DNA of 62,939 bases, filler included, from Pirum gemmata (taxonomy: Eukaryota): assembly GCA_002812295.1 (NCBI GenBank). It is 23 parts of 23 records of this genome, joined end to end, with 100 filler letters (N's around TTAATTAATTAA, not from the genome) between each part and the next. Parts side by side here need not be neighbours in the genome. Positions count along the whole stretch, not along the records: positions 1 to 2,551 come from PDIN01005700.1; positions 2,652 to 5,228 come from PDIN01005701.1; positions 5,329 to 7,875 come from PDIN01005702.1; positions 7,976 to 10,507 come from PDIN01005703.1; positions 10,608 to 13,150 come from PDIN01005704.1; positions 13,251 to 15,802 come from PDIN01005705.1; 17 more parts are not named here. The stretch is one strand, 5' to 3'. Below, piece after piece: positions 1 through 14,303 of this stretch. A program made the position numbers and the translations under genes. The notes beneath the pieces were generated by a model that saw only the letters and a list, made by a program, of their open reading frames with translations, was not told the origin of the DNA and ran no database searches. Every line of letters starts with the position of its first letter. Position 1 is the stretch's first letter.

Positions 1-67
1 ATTTACAAGTGGGGTCACCCTTAACACTGTAATGAAATCAGAAACAAACAAAATGACCTTTGAAGGT

Positions 68-114
<47 letters not shown>

Positions 115-884
115 TTGTTATTGTTATTGTTATTGTTATTGTTACTATTATGCATTAGTTTTTGTTGCAGTTATGGTTTCGGCTATGATTATGATTATGG
201 CTATGGTTATTGATAAATTGTTGTTTTAACCGTTATCGCCATCAGCAGTAGTAACTGTTGTTCTTAAATATATAGCAGTAAGTAAATAACAAAATATTAT
301 GCATAACAAAAATCAGAATTGTTTTTATTGAATTTTGTTGGTTTATTGTTGTATGACCATATCATAGAATTTAATGACGAAAAAACTTCGCTGGAAAAAT
401 AACATAATCTATAATTAAAAAAACAACTAATTGGGTATATATAGTGTTATGGTTACGGTTATGATCATGGAAATGATTAAAAATTGTTATTACAATCGTT
501 TCGATTACGGTTAGGGTTAGAGTTATAAATTAGGGATAGGGTTAATGTTAGGGTTAGAGTAAGACTGTCATCAACTTGACAATAAAATAAAAATTTGTAT
601 ATATATTGCTTTTGGCAGTTGCTTTTGGTATTTGTTGTTTTCTTTCCCCTCTCTAATTGGCAGCCTTATTCATTGTATGTCGTTTGTTTGTTTATTATTT
701 GTCAGTGTTTTTTATATTTTTTTAATATGATAAAAACTACAAAACCAATAATAAAAATTAACAAAATTCAAACATTGGTTGAAAAAAGTGTTTTTGTATT
801 GAGCAAATTTTGGATTCGTGCACGTAAATTCCATATATATATGACATATAAAATAAAAAAGCTATCCAAAGTTCCACTGTTCCA

Positions 885-1025
885 GACTCCCAATTCTGCT
901 CTGTTTAAAATTCGATATTTCGAGTCTATATATTAATTAATAAGTTCGAAATGTTCAAGCTTAGTGAATTTTGGCTTTTTTTGACAGCAGAAATTCGAGT
1001 TTTCGGATTTGAGCTGAATTGGGAG
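885..1025. mobile_element. MITE family C copy (TIR CTCCCAATTCTGCTC), internally shortened
   Basis: Starts ACTCCCAATTCTGCTC and ends GAGCTGAATTGGGAG; internal sequence matches the copies at 28740 and 49461. Confidence 0.75.
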
Positions 1026-1466
1026 AGGAATAACAATAACAGTAACAATAGTAATAACAATAACAATAACAATAACAATAACATTAACAATAACATTAAC
1101 ATTAACATTAACATTAACATATTAACAATAATAATAGTAATAGCAATTAACAATAAAAATAACAATGATAATGACAATAACTACGACAATGACAATAATA
1201 CAACAAACAACTATTTGATAACTACAAATTCTACAATATTGTGGGAATGTGGGGTTTCAACAACAACAACAACAGAAACGAGTTGTAAAAAAATGTCATT
1301 TTTTTGATAGATTCTTTATAGTACTTGTTTGAAAAACATAAAATAATTCAATCGAGCTTATGTAAATATCATTTTCGATTTTTTTTAAAAAAACAATATC
1401 AAACCAGTATCAAACCACTATCAAACTTCTACAAAGTTTTTGAATGGCTAAAAGACTTTTTTTTAA

Positions 1467-1686
1467 CACCACTTCCGGATATACCGGGGTAGACTAACTA
1501 CAGAAATCATTTTTTTTTAGACTTCTTTTAATTATAACTAGCCAAATTATTATTAAAAACTTGCTATTGGTTCATAATAGAGTTTTCTTACTTAAAGTAT
1601 TTTTAACATTTTGATAGTACTTTTATTTAAATTGGAAAGTTTTAAGTGTTTATGGAAGATTTTTGCAATTTTATCCAGCATGATTG
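1467..1686. mobile_element. TTAA-flanked MITE (family F, piggyBac-like non-autonomous element)
   Basis: TTAA|CACCACTTCCGGATA ... TTTTATCCAGCATGATTG|TTAA; body homologous to 2729-2950, 30213-30448 and 54859-55080. Confidence 0.7.
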
Positions 1687-1834
1687 TTAAAAAAAAAAAA
1701 AAAAAAAGCTCGAAGTTGCTAGTCTAACCACTCCCAGGAGTCCAAAAGAGCTCCCAAAAGCCACTCAAAAAATTGTCAGCAAAAAATTTGTAATAATAAT
1801 AATAAAAATAATATCATAATAAAATAAAATTAAG

Positions 1835-1894
<60 letters not shown>

Positions 1895-2060
1895 AATATA
1901 ATTTACTATGAATGTATAGATAAAATTTAGTGAATATATATACGAAAAATAATGATATTACTCGAAACAAAAATCAAAAAAGTAATTTTTTCTTTTTTTT
2001 AAAATTGTTTGAGTTGTTACTTTTAGTTATCATTTTGTAAATTTTACTATCATTATTAAC

Positions 2061-2103
<43 letters not shown>

Positions 2104-2136
2104 GTTCATTTCAAAATCAATTAGTTAGTTGTAAAG

Positions 2137-2299
2137 ATGGCTGAAATTAATAATATGAAAACCGATGTTTTTGTTGATATGTGCAAATATCGTTGTGGTG
2201 CTTGTGGCGAAACGCAAAACGATCTTCGATTTACAGCCAAAAAACCATTAACACCAACACAATATCAAGCTTTATTAGACAGAGGATGGAATTCATGGG
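2137..2299 (+). CDS. First exon of an arginyl-tRNA--protein transferase (ATE1)-like protein, truncated by the contig end
   Basis: Not in the ORF track. Reads MAEINNMKTDVFVDMCKYRCGACGETQNDLRFTAKKPLTPTQYQALLDRGWNSWG, then a G|GTTAGT donor. CxxC plus LTxxxYQxLxDRGW resembles the ATE1 N-terminal domain. Confidence 0.6.
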
Positions 2300-2728
2300 G
2301 TTAGTTATTTTATTTTTTTATTTTAATACTACTACTACTACTACTACTACTATTAATATTATTATTATTATTACTGCTACTGACACGTGAACTTACAATC
2401 ATTCTGTTTATCATTATTATCAATATCATCTTCTATTGTTTAGCACTATTAAGTATTCAACTGCTCCTTTACAGTTCAATTGTTATCATTATTATTACTA
2501 TTCTCATTACTCCTCATTCATTCTCATTTTGTTAACAATTATTATTATTATNNNNNNNNNNNNNNNNNNNNNNNNNNNNNNNNNNNNNNNNNNNNTTAAT
2601 TAATTAANNNNNNNNNNNNNNNNNNNNNNNNNNNNNNNNNNNNNNNNNNNNAATAATTAAATGACGTCATCTCACCTCTACTAATAATAATTAGTACAAG
2701 ACTTAAAAGTGTTGTTTTTTTTTTTTAA

Positions 2729-2950
2729 TAGCCAAGCCGGGTAAAATTGTGGAAATCTTTTTTTTTTTAAGCCTTCTTTCCTAAAAACCTAGCCAAATTA
2801 TTTTTAAAAACGAGCTATTGTTCCAGATAATTAGTTTATTATAGAGTTTTTTAGTTAAATGATTCTACAATTTTGGTAGCACTTTTAATAAAATTGGGCC
2901 ATTTTGTGATTTTATTTTTGAGATGTGGCCATTTTTATCTGGCTTGGTAG
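2729..2950. mobile_element. TTAA-flanked MITE (family F)
   Basis: TTAA|TAGCCAAGCCGGGTAAAA ... TTTTATCTGGCTTGGTAG|TTAA; inverted termini with TTAA on both sides. Confidence 0.75.
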
Positions 2951-2967
2951 TTAAAAAAAAAAAACAT

Positions 2968-5160
<2,193 letters not shown>

Positions 5161-5364
5161 TAACAAATTATATGTATAATAAAATAATAATAAGAAAAAG
5201 CAAAAAATGTTAATAATAATAATATTAANNNNNNNNNNNNNNNNNNNNNNNNNNNNNNNNNNNNNNNNNNNNTTAATTAATTAANNNNNNNNNNNNNNNN
5301 NNNNNNNNNNNNNNNNNNNNNNNNNNNNCATATATATTATATATGTGCAATAGCATTGTTTTCA

Positions 5365-5716
5365 ATGGAATATAAAAAAACAATGTGCAAAGTGAAGAAA
5401 AACAATATGAACAATAAACGCAAAACCAGAATGAAGGATACGGTTAAAGAAAATATATGTGAGTATCCCGGTTGTACAAAAAGTTATTCCCTTCGCCGAG
5501 GTTTACATGCACATGTTCGAGCAAAACATGATATGTCCATTCAGGAAATTCATTTTTTGAACGAAAGAAATAGAAAAAATAACTTAATAAGAAGAACAAA
5601 ATCATCTTTACCAACTTGCAATAATACTATATCTGGCTCCCCAACAGCATCTATACATCACTTACATACTCTTTTAAGTTTACACACCCAAAATAGTATA
5701 GACTTTCACTTGTATG

Positions 5717-5775
<59 letters not shown>

Positions 5776-5958
5776 TTTTTTTTTAAATTGTCACCTCTAT
5801 GCCAAAATCAGATTCTCACTGCTGTCCACCCTATTAATATCATCAACAATAACAATGTCAATAACAATTTGATAAACAAGCCCAATAACAATAACAACAT
5901 CAATACCAATACCAATAACAATATCAGTAACACAATATCAATAACACAACAGCAATAA
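5365..5958 (+). CDS. C2H2 zinc-finger protein with Asn-rich tail
   Basis: CEYPGCTKSYSLRRGLHAHVRAKH fits C-x4-C-x12-H-x4-H; poly-N C-terminus. Start is uncertain. Confidence 0.8.
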
Positions 5959-6756
5959 CAATAACAATAACAATATTAATAACAATAACAATAACAATAT
6001 CAATATCAATATCAATATCAATATCAATATCAATATCAATGCCATATTAAAACAATAACAATGACGACAATTACAATAACAATAATGGTCTACTAGTAGA
6101 GTCGCCCACTGGAGTGTGAATAATAATAATTATATAATAATTTATCATAAAAATAGACAAATCATAATAATCACACAAGGCTAGCACAAGAGGGTCCAAA
6201 CTTTTTATATTAATCACCTTTAAGTTTGTGTAATAATTATGTATGCATATAATTATACATCATTATGATGTATTAATATTATATGATATAATAGAGACCT
6301 ATGATATGCTTGTAGACTATAATTATAATATATTATGATAAAAAAACTCTTTTTATTATAAATAAATTTTGGGATTCTAGCTATATAGCGCATACCCCCA
6401 TAATGTTAATTACTCCTACTTTTCTTTAATATAATATAGAAATTGATCAAAATCATTTACAAAGATTACAAAACCAACAAAAAGGTAACTGCAGGAACTG
6501 ATACTATTGTAATAGACACTTTTTGCGACAAATGTAACAAATTGCGCGAATACTGGCACTTTTGTATATAATATATTCTTGGCAATTGCAAAAAATAACC
6601 AATATAATATAATATCAACAATCAAGAAGGGGTTCTTGATATAATAATATAATATTATAGTTTATAGCTGGGTTCATACTAACTTATAATTTCAATAAAT
6701 AGATGAAAAAACATGTTACAAACAATAGTCAGTCTATTGGTTGAAAAAAACATGTA

Positions 6757-6946
6757 TCGTCCTTTTCAGTTGTTTTGTCATCATAAAATATACAATAAAG
6801 CTTAAGAGTATCAAATTAATACAATATGAATCCATTTCATTTAATTTGGTATATTTTATTATCCATTTATTCATTTAACAATGTCAATTAAAAAATTATA
6901 GCCAACCAAATAAATATTCGGAGTGACAAAAAAATGAAAAGCGCTA
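6757..6946 (+). mobile_element. TA-flanked AT-rich MITE (family D, Tc1/mariner-like non-autonomous)
   Basis: TA|TCGTCCTTTTCAGTTGTTTTGTCA ... TGACAAAAAAATGAAAAGCGCTA|TA; at least 12 homologous copies in the window. Confidence 0.8.
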
Positions 6947-7975
6947 TATATATTATAAAGTGTCTATATAATATTATATCAGCATTCTGACACATGACAT
7001 TCATATGTATAACATAGTATAACATACACACACACGAACCTACTGGCGGGAACATGTACAATAGGCATTATCATATTATTTTACTATGATAGGGATTGGT
7101 AAAAGTAGTATTAGTAACACTGTAGTACTAAAATTTTAGTCTGGTACCCAGATTTCTCGAGAACTAAAAGAGCTATCAAAAAAATTCGCCTTTACCTCTA
7201 CTTCTACTAGGGTTTTATCAGTGCTTCCAGTGTGCTTTAGTCTATCTCTAGTTAAACAATTTCGAAAGATAAGAGCTGAAAATAATATTCCCTTGGTATA
7301 AAACTTTGCACTAAAGTGAAGGCATGTCGAGTTTTCATTATGTTGTTATTATAAAAACTCAATGTATGTAATAAGCAAAATAGTGATTTTTAAACCAAAA
7401 CTTAAAACATTTTAAAATTATTAACAGCTGATTATATAATAATATATACAAGTCGGAAAATCGTTCAGGTTTTTTTAATTAATATTATTATTATTTATTT
7501 ACAATATATATTATTATGTAGGCCAATGAAAATTGTCAACCGAAGCACAAATTTCCGAGTCACAAACAAAAAATTTATTTAATAATACATTATACACTCA
7601 TTATATACATCATTATTAATACTGATTCATTAGCTACCTAGACATCAACAATATATAAATTATTATATATACCAATAACAGTCCAATAACAATGATAATA
7701 GCAATAGCAATAGCAATTATATACTGTTGATTGAGTATAGTTAGTTGATTGAGTTGATTGAGTTAATTGAGTTAATATTATTATATTATTATTATTTTAT
7801 TTTCATTATTGATATTATTATTAGTATTATAACTGTATTGTTTTTATTATTAATTATCATTATTATTATTATTATNNNNNNNNNNNNNNNNNNNNNNNNN
7901 NNNNNNNNNNNNNNNNNNNTTAATTAATTAANNNNNNNNNNNNNNNNNNNNNNNNNNNNNNNNNNNNNNNNNNNN

Positions 7976-8375
7976 ACCCTAACCCTAACCCTAACCCTAA
8001 CACTACCCTAACACTAATTGTATTAATTGGGTAGTCTACTATTTATTGTATATTTTATGACGACAAAATAACTAAAAAGCACGATATAAGAGTTTAGGGC
8101 TTAGGGGTAGGTCTCACTGTTAGGGGTTAACATTAGTTAGGGGTTAGTCTAGCTAGCTAGTAGCCTAGTAGCTCTAGGCGGGTTAGTTAGTAGGGGTTAG
8201 GGCCGGGTTAGAGGTTAGCTAGCTAGACTATAGGGTTTTAGGGGTTAGGGGAGGGTTAGGGGTTAGGGGTTAGAGGAGGGTTAGGGGAGGGGTTAGGGGA
8301 GGGGTTAGGGGTTTGTTAGGGGTTAGGAGTTAGGGGCCCTGGTTCTAACTAAAGGGGTTAGGGCTTGGGTTAGGG
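7976..8375. repeat. Telomere-type repeats: (CCCTAA)n at the contig start and a degenerate (TTAGGG/TTAGGGG)n tract
   Basis: ACCCTAACCCTAACCCTAA at 7976-8010; many GGGTTA/GGGGTTA variants at 8095-8375 in the opposite orientation. Confidence 0.85.
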
Positions 8376-8660
8376 GGAGTTGGTCATTAGACCTAGTTAG
8401 GCTACTGTTATTAGTTAGGCTATTATAATTATATTACTAGGGGGTTTCTAACTTTCTATACTCTTTCTATGCTCTAGTAGTCTACTAGTAGTATCATAGT
8501 AGCTAGCTAGTATAGTTAGTTAGACTATTGATAGGAATAATTTTTTAGAAATGGATTGGTATTCGTAAAAATGAGTTTTAATAAAAATGGTGGTTTAAAA
8601 AACAATTTTCGAAAAATCCTTCATTAAAATTGACGTCATTTGTAACCATATGATATGACA

Positions 8661-8776
<116 letters not shown>

Positions 8777-8807
8777 NCTAGCTACTAGCTATCATAGCGT
8801 TTATGAT

Positions 8808-8943
8808 AAATAATACGTCACGTCAAGGGGTAGGTAGGTACGTGGTATTTAACCGGAAATTAACGTCGAGGGGTAGGTAGGTAGGGGGTATTTGAAGCTG
8901 TATTTGACCGGAAATTGGCGTTACGTAGTATTTAAACTCTCCC
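8808..8943 (+). mobile_element. PIF/Harbinger-like MITE (family B), left end eroded
   Basis: Body matches 49208-49344 (GGTAGGTAGG motifs, GTATTTGAAGCTGTA); ends CTCTCCC|TAA. Confidence 0.75.
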
Positions 8944-8962
8944 TAATATGATGATAATATTA

Positions 8963-9356
8963 TCGTACTTTACAATTGTTTTGTCATAATAGAATAAGCA
9001 GTAATAAATACCAAATTAAAACTATATCAAATTTATTTGATACAATTTAATTAAATTGGCATGTTTAATAATTTATATTGCAATTTAAAAAAACCACGTT
9101 TATAAACTTAAAAGTACCAAATAAATAACAAAATAAATGAAAAGCAGGATAGTCTATGTAGACTATGATATTGTGTTTTTCATTTATTTTGTCACTCCGA
9201 ATATTTATTTGGTTGGTTATAATTTTTAAAATGACATTCTTAAATGAATAAATATATAATAAAATATACCAAATTAAATGAAATGGATTTATGTTGTATT
9301 AATTTGGTACTTTTTATTGTATATTTTATGATGACAAAACAACCGAGGAGAACTGA
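8963..9356. mobile_element. Two adjacent TA-flanked MITEs (a family D relative at 8963-9149, family D inverted at 9171-9356)
   Basis: Both carry TCGT..TTT.CA.TT.TTTTGTC-type termini and TA flanks. Confidence 0.65.
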
Positions 9357-9589
9357 TATTTTTTATGAAAAAACAGTAGTTTCTGAAAAGCTTTTGAAAT
9401 ATTAAATGTGTTAAAAAACCAATTCAAACATATTTAACAAAAGTAAAAAATATTTAAATTCAAATTTTTTTTNNNNNNNNNNNNNNNNNNNNNNNNNNNN
9501 NNNNNNNNNNNNNNNNNNNNNNATAATATCTGATATCATAATTTTGAAGATATTTAATAGCTATTATTATAATCCTGAAGATTGTTTTA

Positions 9590-10507
9590 CATCATTTTGT
9601 TGTTTTATTGTTTTGGTGTTGTGTTGGTTTTGTTGGTTTGTTGGTTTGTTGTTTTATTGTTTTATTGTTTTTCTTGTTTTATTAATTGTTTAAAATTTTG
9701 TTTTTGTTTTGTTTTGTTTTGTTTTGTTTTGTTGTTTTGTTTTGTTTTTTTGTTGTTTTGTTGTTTTGTTGTTTTGTTGTTTTGTTTTGTTGTTTTAGTG
9801 TTTTGTTGTTTTGTTGTTTTAGTGTTTTGTTGTTTTGTTGTTTTGTTGTTTTGTTGTTTTGTTGTTGTTTTGTTTTATTGTTTATGGTTTTATTAACGCT
9901 GTTTTGTTGTTTTGTTTTTTTATTGTTTTGTTGTTTTGTTGTTTTGTTGTTTTGTTTTGTTTTAACGTTGTTTTGTTGTTTTGTTGTTTTGTTGTGTTGT
10001 TGTGTTGTTGTTTGGTTGTTTGCTGTTTTGTTGTTTGCTGTTTTATTAATATTGTTTTGTTATTAACGTTGTTTTGTTGTTTTGTTTTGTTGTTGTTTTG
10101 TTGTTTTGTTGTTTTGTTTTTTTATTGTTTTTTTGTTTTGTTAACGTTGTTTTGTTATTTTGTTGTTTTGTTGTTTTGTTGTTTTGCTGTTTTGTTGTTT
10201 GCTGTTTTGTTGTTTGCTGTTTTGTTTTATTATTGTTGTTTTGTTGTTTTGTGTTGTTGTTGTTTTGTTGTTTTGTTTTTTTTGTTTTTTTTGTTTAGTT
10301 TTAACGTTGTTTTTTTGTTTTGTTGTTTTGTCGTTTTATTATTATATTTTGTTATAATATTTTGTTATTAATTAATATTAAATTTTGTTGTTTTGTTTTA
10401 TTGTTTTATTGTTTTATTGTTTTGTTGAAACTTTAACGTTGTTTTGTTGTTTTGTTGATTTTTTGTTTTGTTGTTTTGTTGTTTTGTTGTTTTATTGTTT
10501 TATTGTT
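9590..10507. repeat. Degenerate (TTG/TTGTT)n simple repeat
   Basis: About 900 nt made almost wholly of TTTTGTTG units; this explains the spurious F/C/V/L ORFs. Confidence 0.9.
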
Positions 10508-10846
10508 NNNNNNNNNNNNNNNNNNNNNNNNNNNNNNNNNNNNNNNNNNNNTTAATTAATTAANNNNNNNNNNNNNNNNNNNNNNNNNNNNNNNNNNNNN
10601 NNNNNNNTAATAATAATAATAATAATAATAATATAATAGCAATCAAAAACAATAGTAATAAGTCATGATAATGACAAGAATCATACGCAATAATAAATAA
10701 TAATAATAATACAGTAGTAGAAGCACAAAAATAGAAATGATGACTATAAAAAAGAATAGAAAAAGAATAACAATAATAGTGCTAGAAAAAATAATAATTA
10801 ACAACTACATTAAAATAATAACATAAATAATAATAATAATATTTAC

Positions 10847-13042
10847 CAGAATAGCATAGGTTATTGTTACAATCCAACTCCACCAGATACAAGTAAAACT
10901 CGTTTATTTTTTCATGCATTCCACAAATACTTTGAATTACCTCTTGAGCGATAGTGTGCGGCTTCAAAAGTAGCTTTTCACTTTCTATTTAGCCATAATA
11001 TTAAAAATAAAAAAACAGTAAGTATTGAGAAGTAGTGGGTCATCACAATAAATGGCTAAAACAATAAAACTTACTTTCTATATAATATTTTTTCGAATAA
11101 TACTAAAAAAAAATAAAAAAATAATAGACTTCACAATTAATGGTCAAAAAAAATAAAATTATGTAACAATAATAAAATAAACCACAAATTGGTTAAAAGA
11201 AAAAGAAAAAATATACTTACTAGAATATTTCTCATAAACAAAATTTACATTGGCCCAATGTTCTGTATCAGAAATTGGATTACCGTCAACAACTGGAACG
11301 GGTGGTAATGCACGACTAACATGTTTTTGGCATTTTTCACTTTGGTGTAGCTCTGGTTTATCTGCTTCAATGAACTCACAAGAATCACTTTTAATTGTCA
11401 GTAGATTATCAGATTTACTTTTTCTTAAAGGGAAAACGGGATTTGGAGTGTCTTGTAAAGGGGTTAGTGAAGTAACTTGTGAAGATAAAGAGGATGACAA
11501 AGCAAGTAGTTGAAATCCTATAGGAGTGGATTTAAAAGTTTCCTCCGGTGTGTCTTCAGTTTTTATGATTAATTTGTCTGTAACCAATATTTTATCAGAG
11601 AGTTTTTTCTTTAATTTCTCAAACACTATTTTACCATGTTTTATGCTTTGGTTATTAATATTGTTTTGGTTAGGATTAGGGTTAGGATTAGGGTTAGGAT
11701 TAGGGTTGGGATTGGGAGGTTGATCATTAAGTGTTGTTTCGTTTTCAATTTCAGAATCCACAGATCTAGATGACAATACTCTCTGGCCTAGGGTACTAGA
11801 TATATCTCCATTACAAATTTTAAGTTTAGCTTGTTCTTGCCGTAGTTGTCTTTCTATTTTCAATTTGTTTGTTAAGTTAGAAAACGAGTGTGTTTCCTCT
11901 AATTGTACAAGTGGCTTAGCATTTTCTTCTTGGTATTCGTAATCATAAAAAGGTTCCTCGATTTTCTTAGAAAAGTCCTCGTATAATGGTGGGTTGGAAT
12001 TACAATGAGAGGGGTTGGAATCAGTAGTAGGTGGGGAGTCATAAACGTTTACGCTATCGAACGTTTCAGACAAAATTTCATCTAATATGGGTGGGTGATC
12101 ATACACATGCTCATCCAGTTGTTCTTGGTGCTGCTGTTGTTCTTGTTGTTGTTCTTGTTGTTGTTCTAATTGATCATCATCATCATTGTAATTGTAATTG
12201 TTCTCGCCATAAACTTGAACCAATTCAAAGGCACTAGCATGACTGTTGGTTTTAAATTTAGCGAGTGTATTGTATATTCGGTTACGAGGTTTATTAGAAC
12301 GGGGAGTTTTCGTTTCATCATTTTTGCTTTGTTGCTGCTGTTGTTGCTGTTGTTGCTGTTCCTTTTCAAGCTTGTTGGGTACGCTTAACATAGGTGAGGA
12401 AAATGATTTTTTAATTTTTGATTTTACTCCTTCCCCTTTACTTTCTTTTTCGTTTATATTTTCCTTCGAATTTGCTATTCTGTTTAGTATTGTCTGTTTT
12501 ATTTCATTTTCTAGTTTATCGTTACCTCTTTCACTGCTTTTAGTATCAATATTGCTTTTGTTGGTATTTTTACTTTGGATAACTTCAGTATCACTGTTAA
12601 TTTCTTCCTCTCTGATGTAAACTACTTCTTGAAAAACAGACGATTTTGACTTTTTAATTTTTTTAGGTTTTTCTTGTATATCACAATTTATATCTTCATA
12701 GTTCGGTAAAATTTTCGGAGGAATGTTAGAGGACTTGCTTCTAGAAATCTTTGTTTTTGTTTCATTTTCAGGGGTAAATATTGCAAGTTTCGACATAGAT
12801 CTATTTCGTTTCAACGAGTGTGAGTGGGTTGAACCGCCATAATTACTTTCATTTGATATGCTTTTAGATAAGGTATTGTTGGAGTTAAACTCGAGATCCG
12901 GTGTGAACAAAGAAGATTTTGATTTTGATTTTTTACTTAATTTAAGGTTAAATTCTTCTTTGTTGTTTTGATTGTGTTGAGAAAAATCCTGGTTTATTTT
13001 ATTCACCCGTCTTGATTTAGAAACAAGCTCTGAGAGACCCAT
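10847..13042 (-). CDS. Signalling adaptor-like protein: long disordered N-terminus plus the start of a Ras-association (RA)/ubiquitin-like domain; 3' truncated
   Basis: Exon 13042-11221, intron GTAAGT...AATAG, exon 10984-10847. Spliced in frame this gives WANVNFVYEKYSKSEKLLLKPHTIAQEVIQSICGMHEKINEFYLYLVE, matching the RA-type pattern K.L.v...T.A.EVI.....f.Ly.V. Confidence 0.75.
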
Positions 13043-13433
13043 GATTGCTTTCTTATATGTATCTGTATTTTACTGTATTTTTATCAATGTTGTATTTAAT
13101 GACTGAGTGCAACACTACAATATAACAACAACAACAACAACAACAACAACNNNNNNNNNNNNNNNNNNNNNNNNNNNNNNNNNNNNNNNNNNNNTTAATT
13201 AATTAANNNNNNNNNNNNNNNNNNNNNNNNNNNNNNNNNNNNNNNNNNNNAATAATAATAAAAATAACAATAATAATATTATTTTAATTAATATTAATAA
13301 TAATATTAATAATAATAATAAAATTAAAAAAGCTTTTGTAGATCAACAGCTTTTTCTGATAAAAACATATACATAATATTGTTGTAAAGTATAATTAATC
13401 AATATATAATTAGAACAAAAAAAACTTCAAAAA

Positions 13434-14303
13434 ATGGGGAAAATGGATACTAGTAGTTCTTCTTTCATAGGAAGTGATTCAAACGGAAATCCTAAATTCA
13501 AACAAGGGAAAAGATGTTGTTGGGGAGGACTGCCATTATGGGGGTTCGTTTTACTTTGCGTTTTCATTTTTCTTTGTGTAACCGCTGCGATAATCATTCC
13601 TGTTATTTTCATCCCGATCGCCGCTAATTCTGTTCAACATACCGTTGATAACACGAACTTTGAAATTACTTCTTTACATGATATCAACTTCAACATTACA
13701 GATATTTTAATTGCAGTAAAAACAATCTCCTCTAATGTCACCACTCCAGCCCAAAAACAAGCAGCCTTTGGAAGGTTATTACCTACGTCGGAGGAAGGTA
13801 AATATTTGATAATCGAAGCATCATTATTGTTAAGTAATATTGATGAACTTGGAAAAGATGCGGTCATGCAAGCTACAGAAGTTGCTTTAACTTATAATGC
13901 AGGCAATGTTACTGTGCCTGACTCTACAACTAAGACAGTGGCAACTCAATTTTTCCCTACTACTCTGTTAGGAGTTACTACTATCCCAAAAACGACTTTA
14001 ACCACACCAACTACTCAAGTTACAGATAAAACAGTAATGCTAACCCTTGATCAAGGCCTTTTAGCAGGATTACAAAGTACTAATACTACTGTCAGAGTAG
14101 CCTCTAACTACCAAGTAGCTCTTATGTTAGGCTGTGGTAAACTTGGGAAAGCAACACAAATGTTGGATAGTTCTGTTGATATTTGTACTTGGAGTGCTAG
14201 TGGTTCTGGTGCAGTGAAGAAAACAATTGCAGCAAGCACTTTGTACTATGGTTATGACATAAATTCAAAAGAAATAAGATTTGATAATATTGCTCTTAAT
14301 TAA
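13434..14303 (+). CDS. Single-pass type II membrane protein, possibly DUF3712/LEA_2-like
   Basis: Intact 289-aa ORF: short N-tail with CC, a long hydrophobic helix, then a beta-rich T-rich domain with N-x-T sites. The family assignment is tentative. Confidence 0.8.
   Translation: MGKMDTSSSSFIGSDSNGNPKFKQGKRCCWGGLPLWGFVLLCVFIFLCVTAAIIIPVIFIPIAANSVQHTVDNTNFEITSLHDINFNITDILIAVKTISSNVTTPAQKQAAFGRLLPTSEEGKYLIIEASLLLSNIDELGKDAVMQATEVALTYNAGNVTVPDSTTKTVATQFFPTTLLGVTTIPKTTLTTPTTQVTDKTVMLTLDQGLLAGLQSTNTTVRVASNYQVALMLGCGKLGKATQMLDSSVDICTWSASGSGAVKKTIAASTLYYGYDINSKEIRFDNIALN

Noticed and set aside
7086..7350. P-loop-like GIGKSSISNTV on the plus strand
   Set aside because: An in-frame stop follows within a few codons and no other GTPase/ATPase motifs are visible; at most a decayed fragment.
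9582..10371. Hydrophobic F/C/V/L ORFs, and similar poly-L/V/C/T/I ORFs elsewhere
   Set aside because: They are translations of microsatellites or antisense shadows of poly-Q/N coding tracts.
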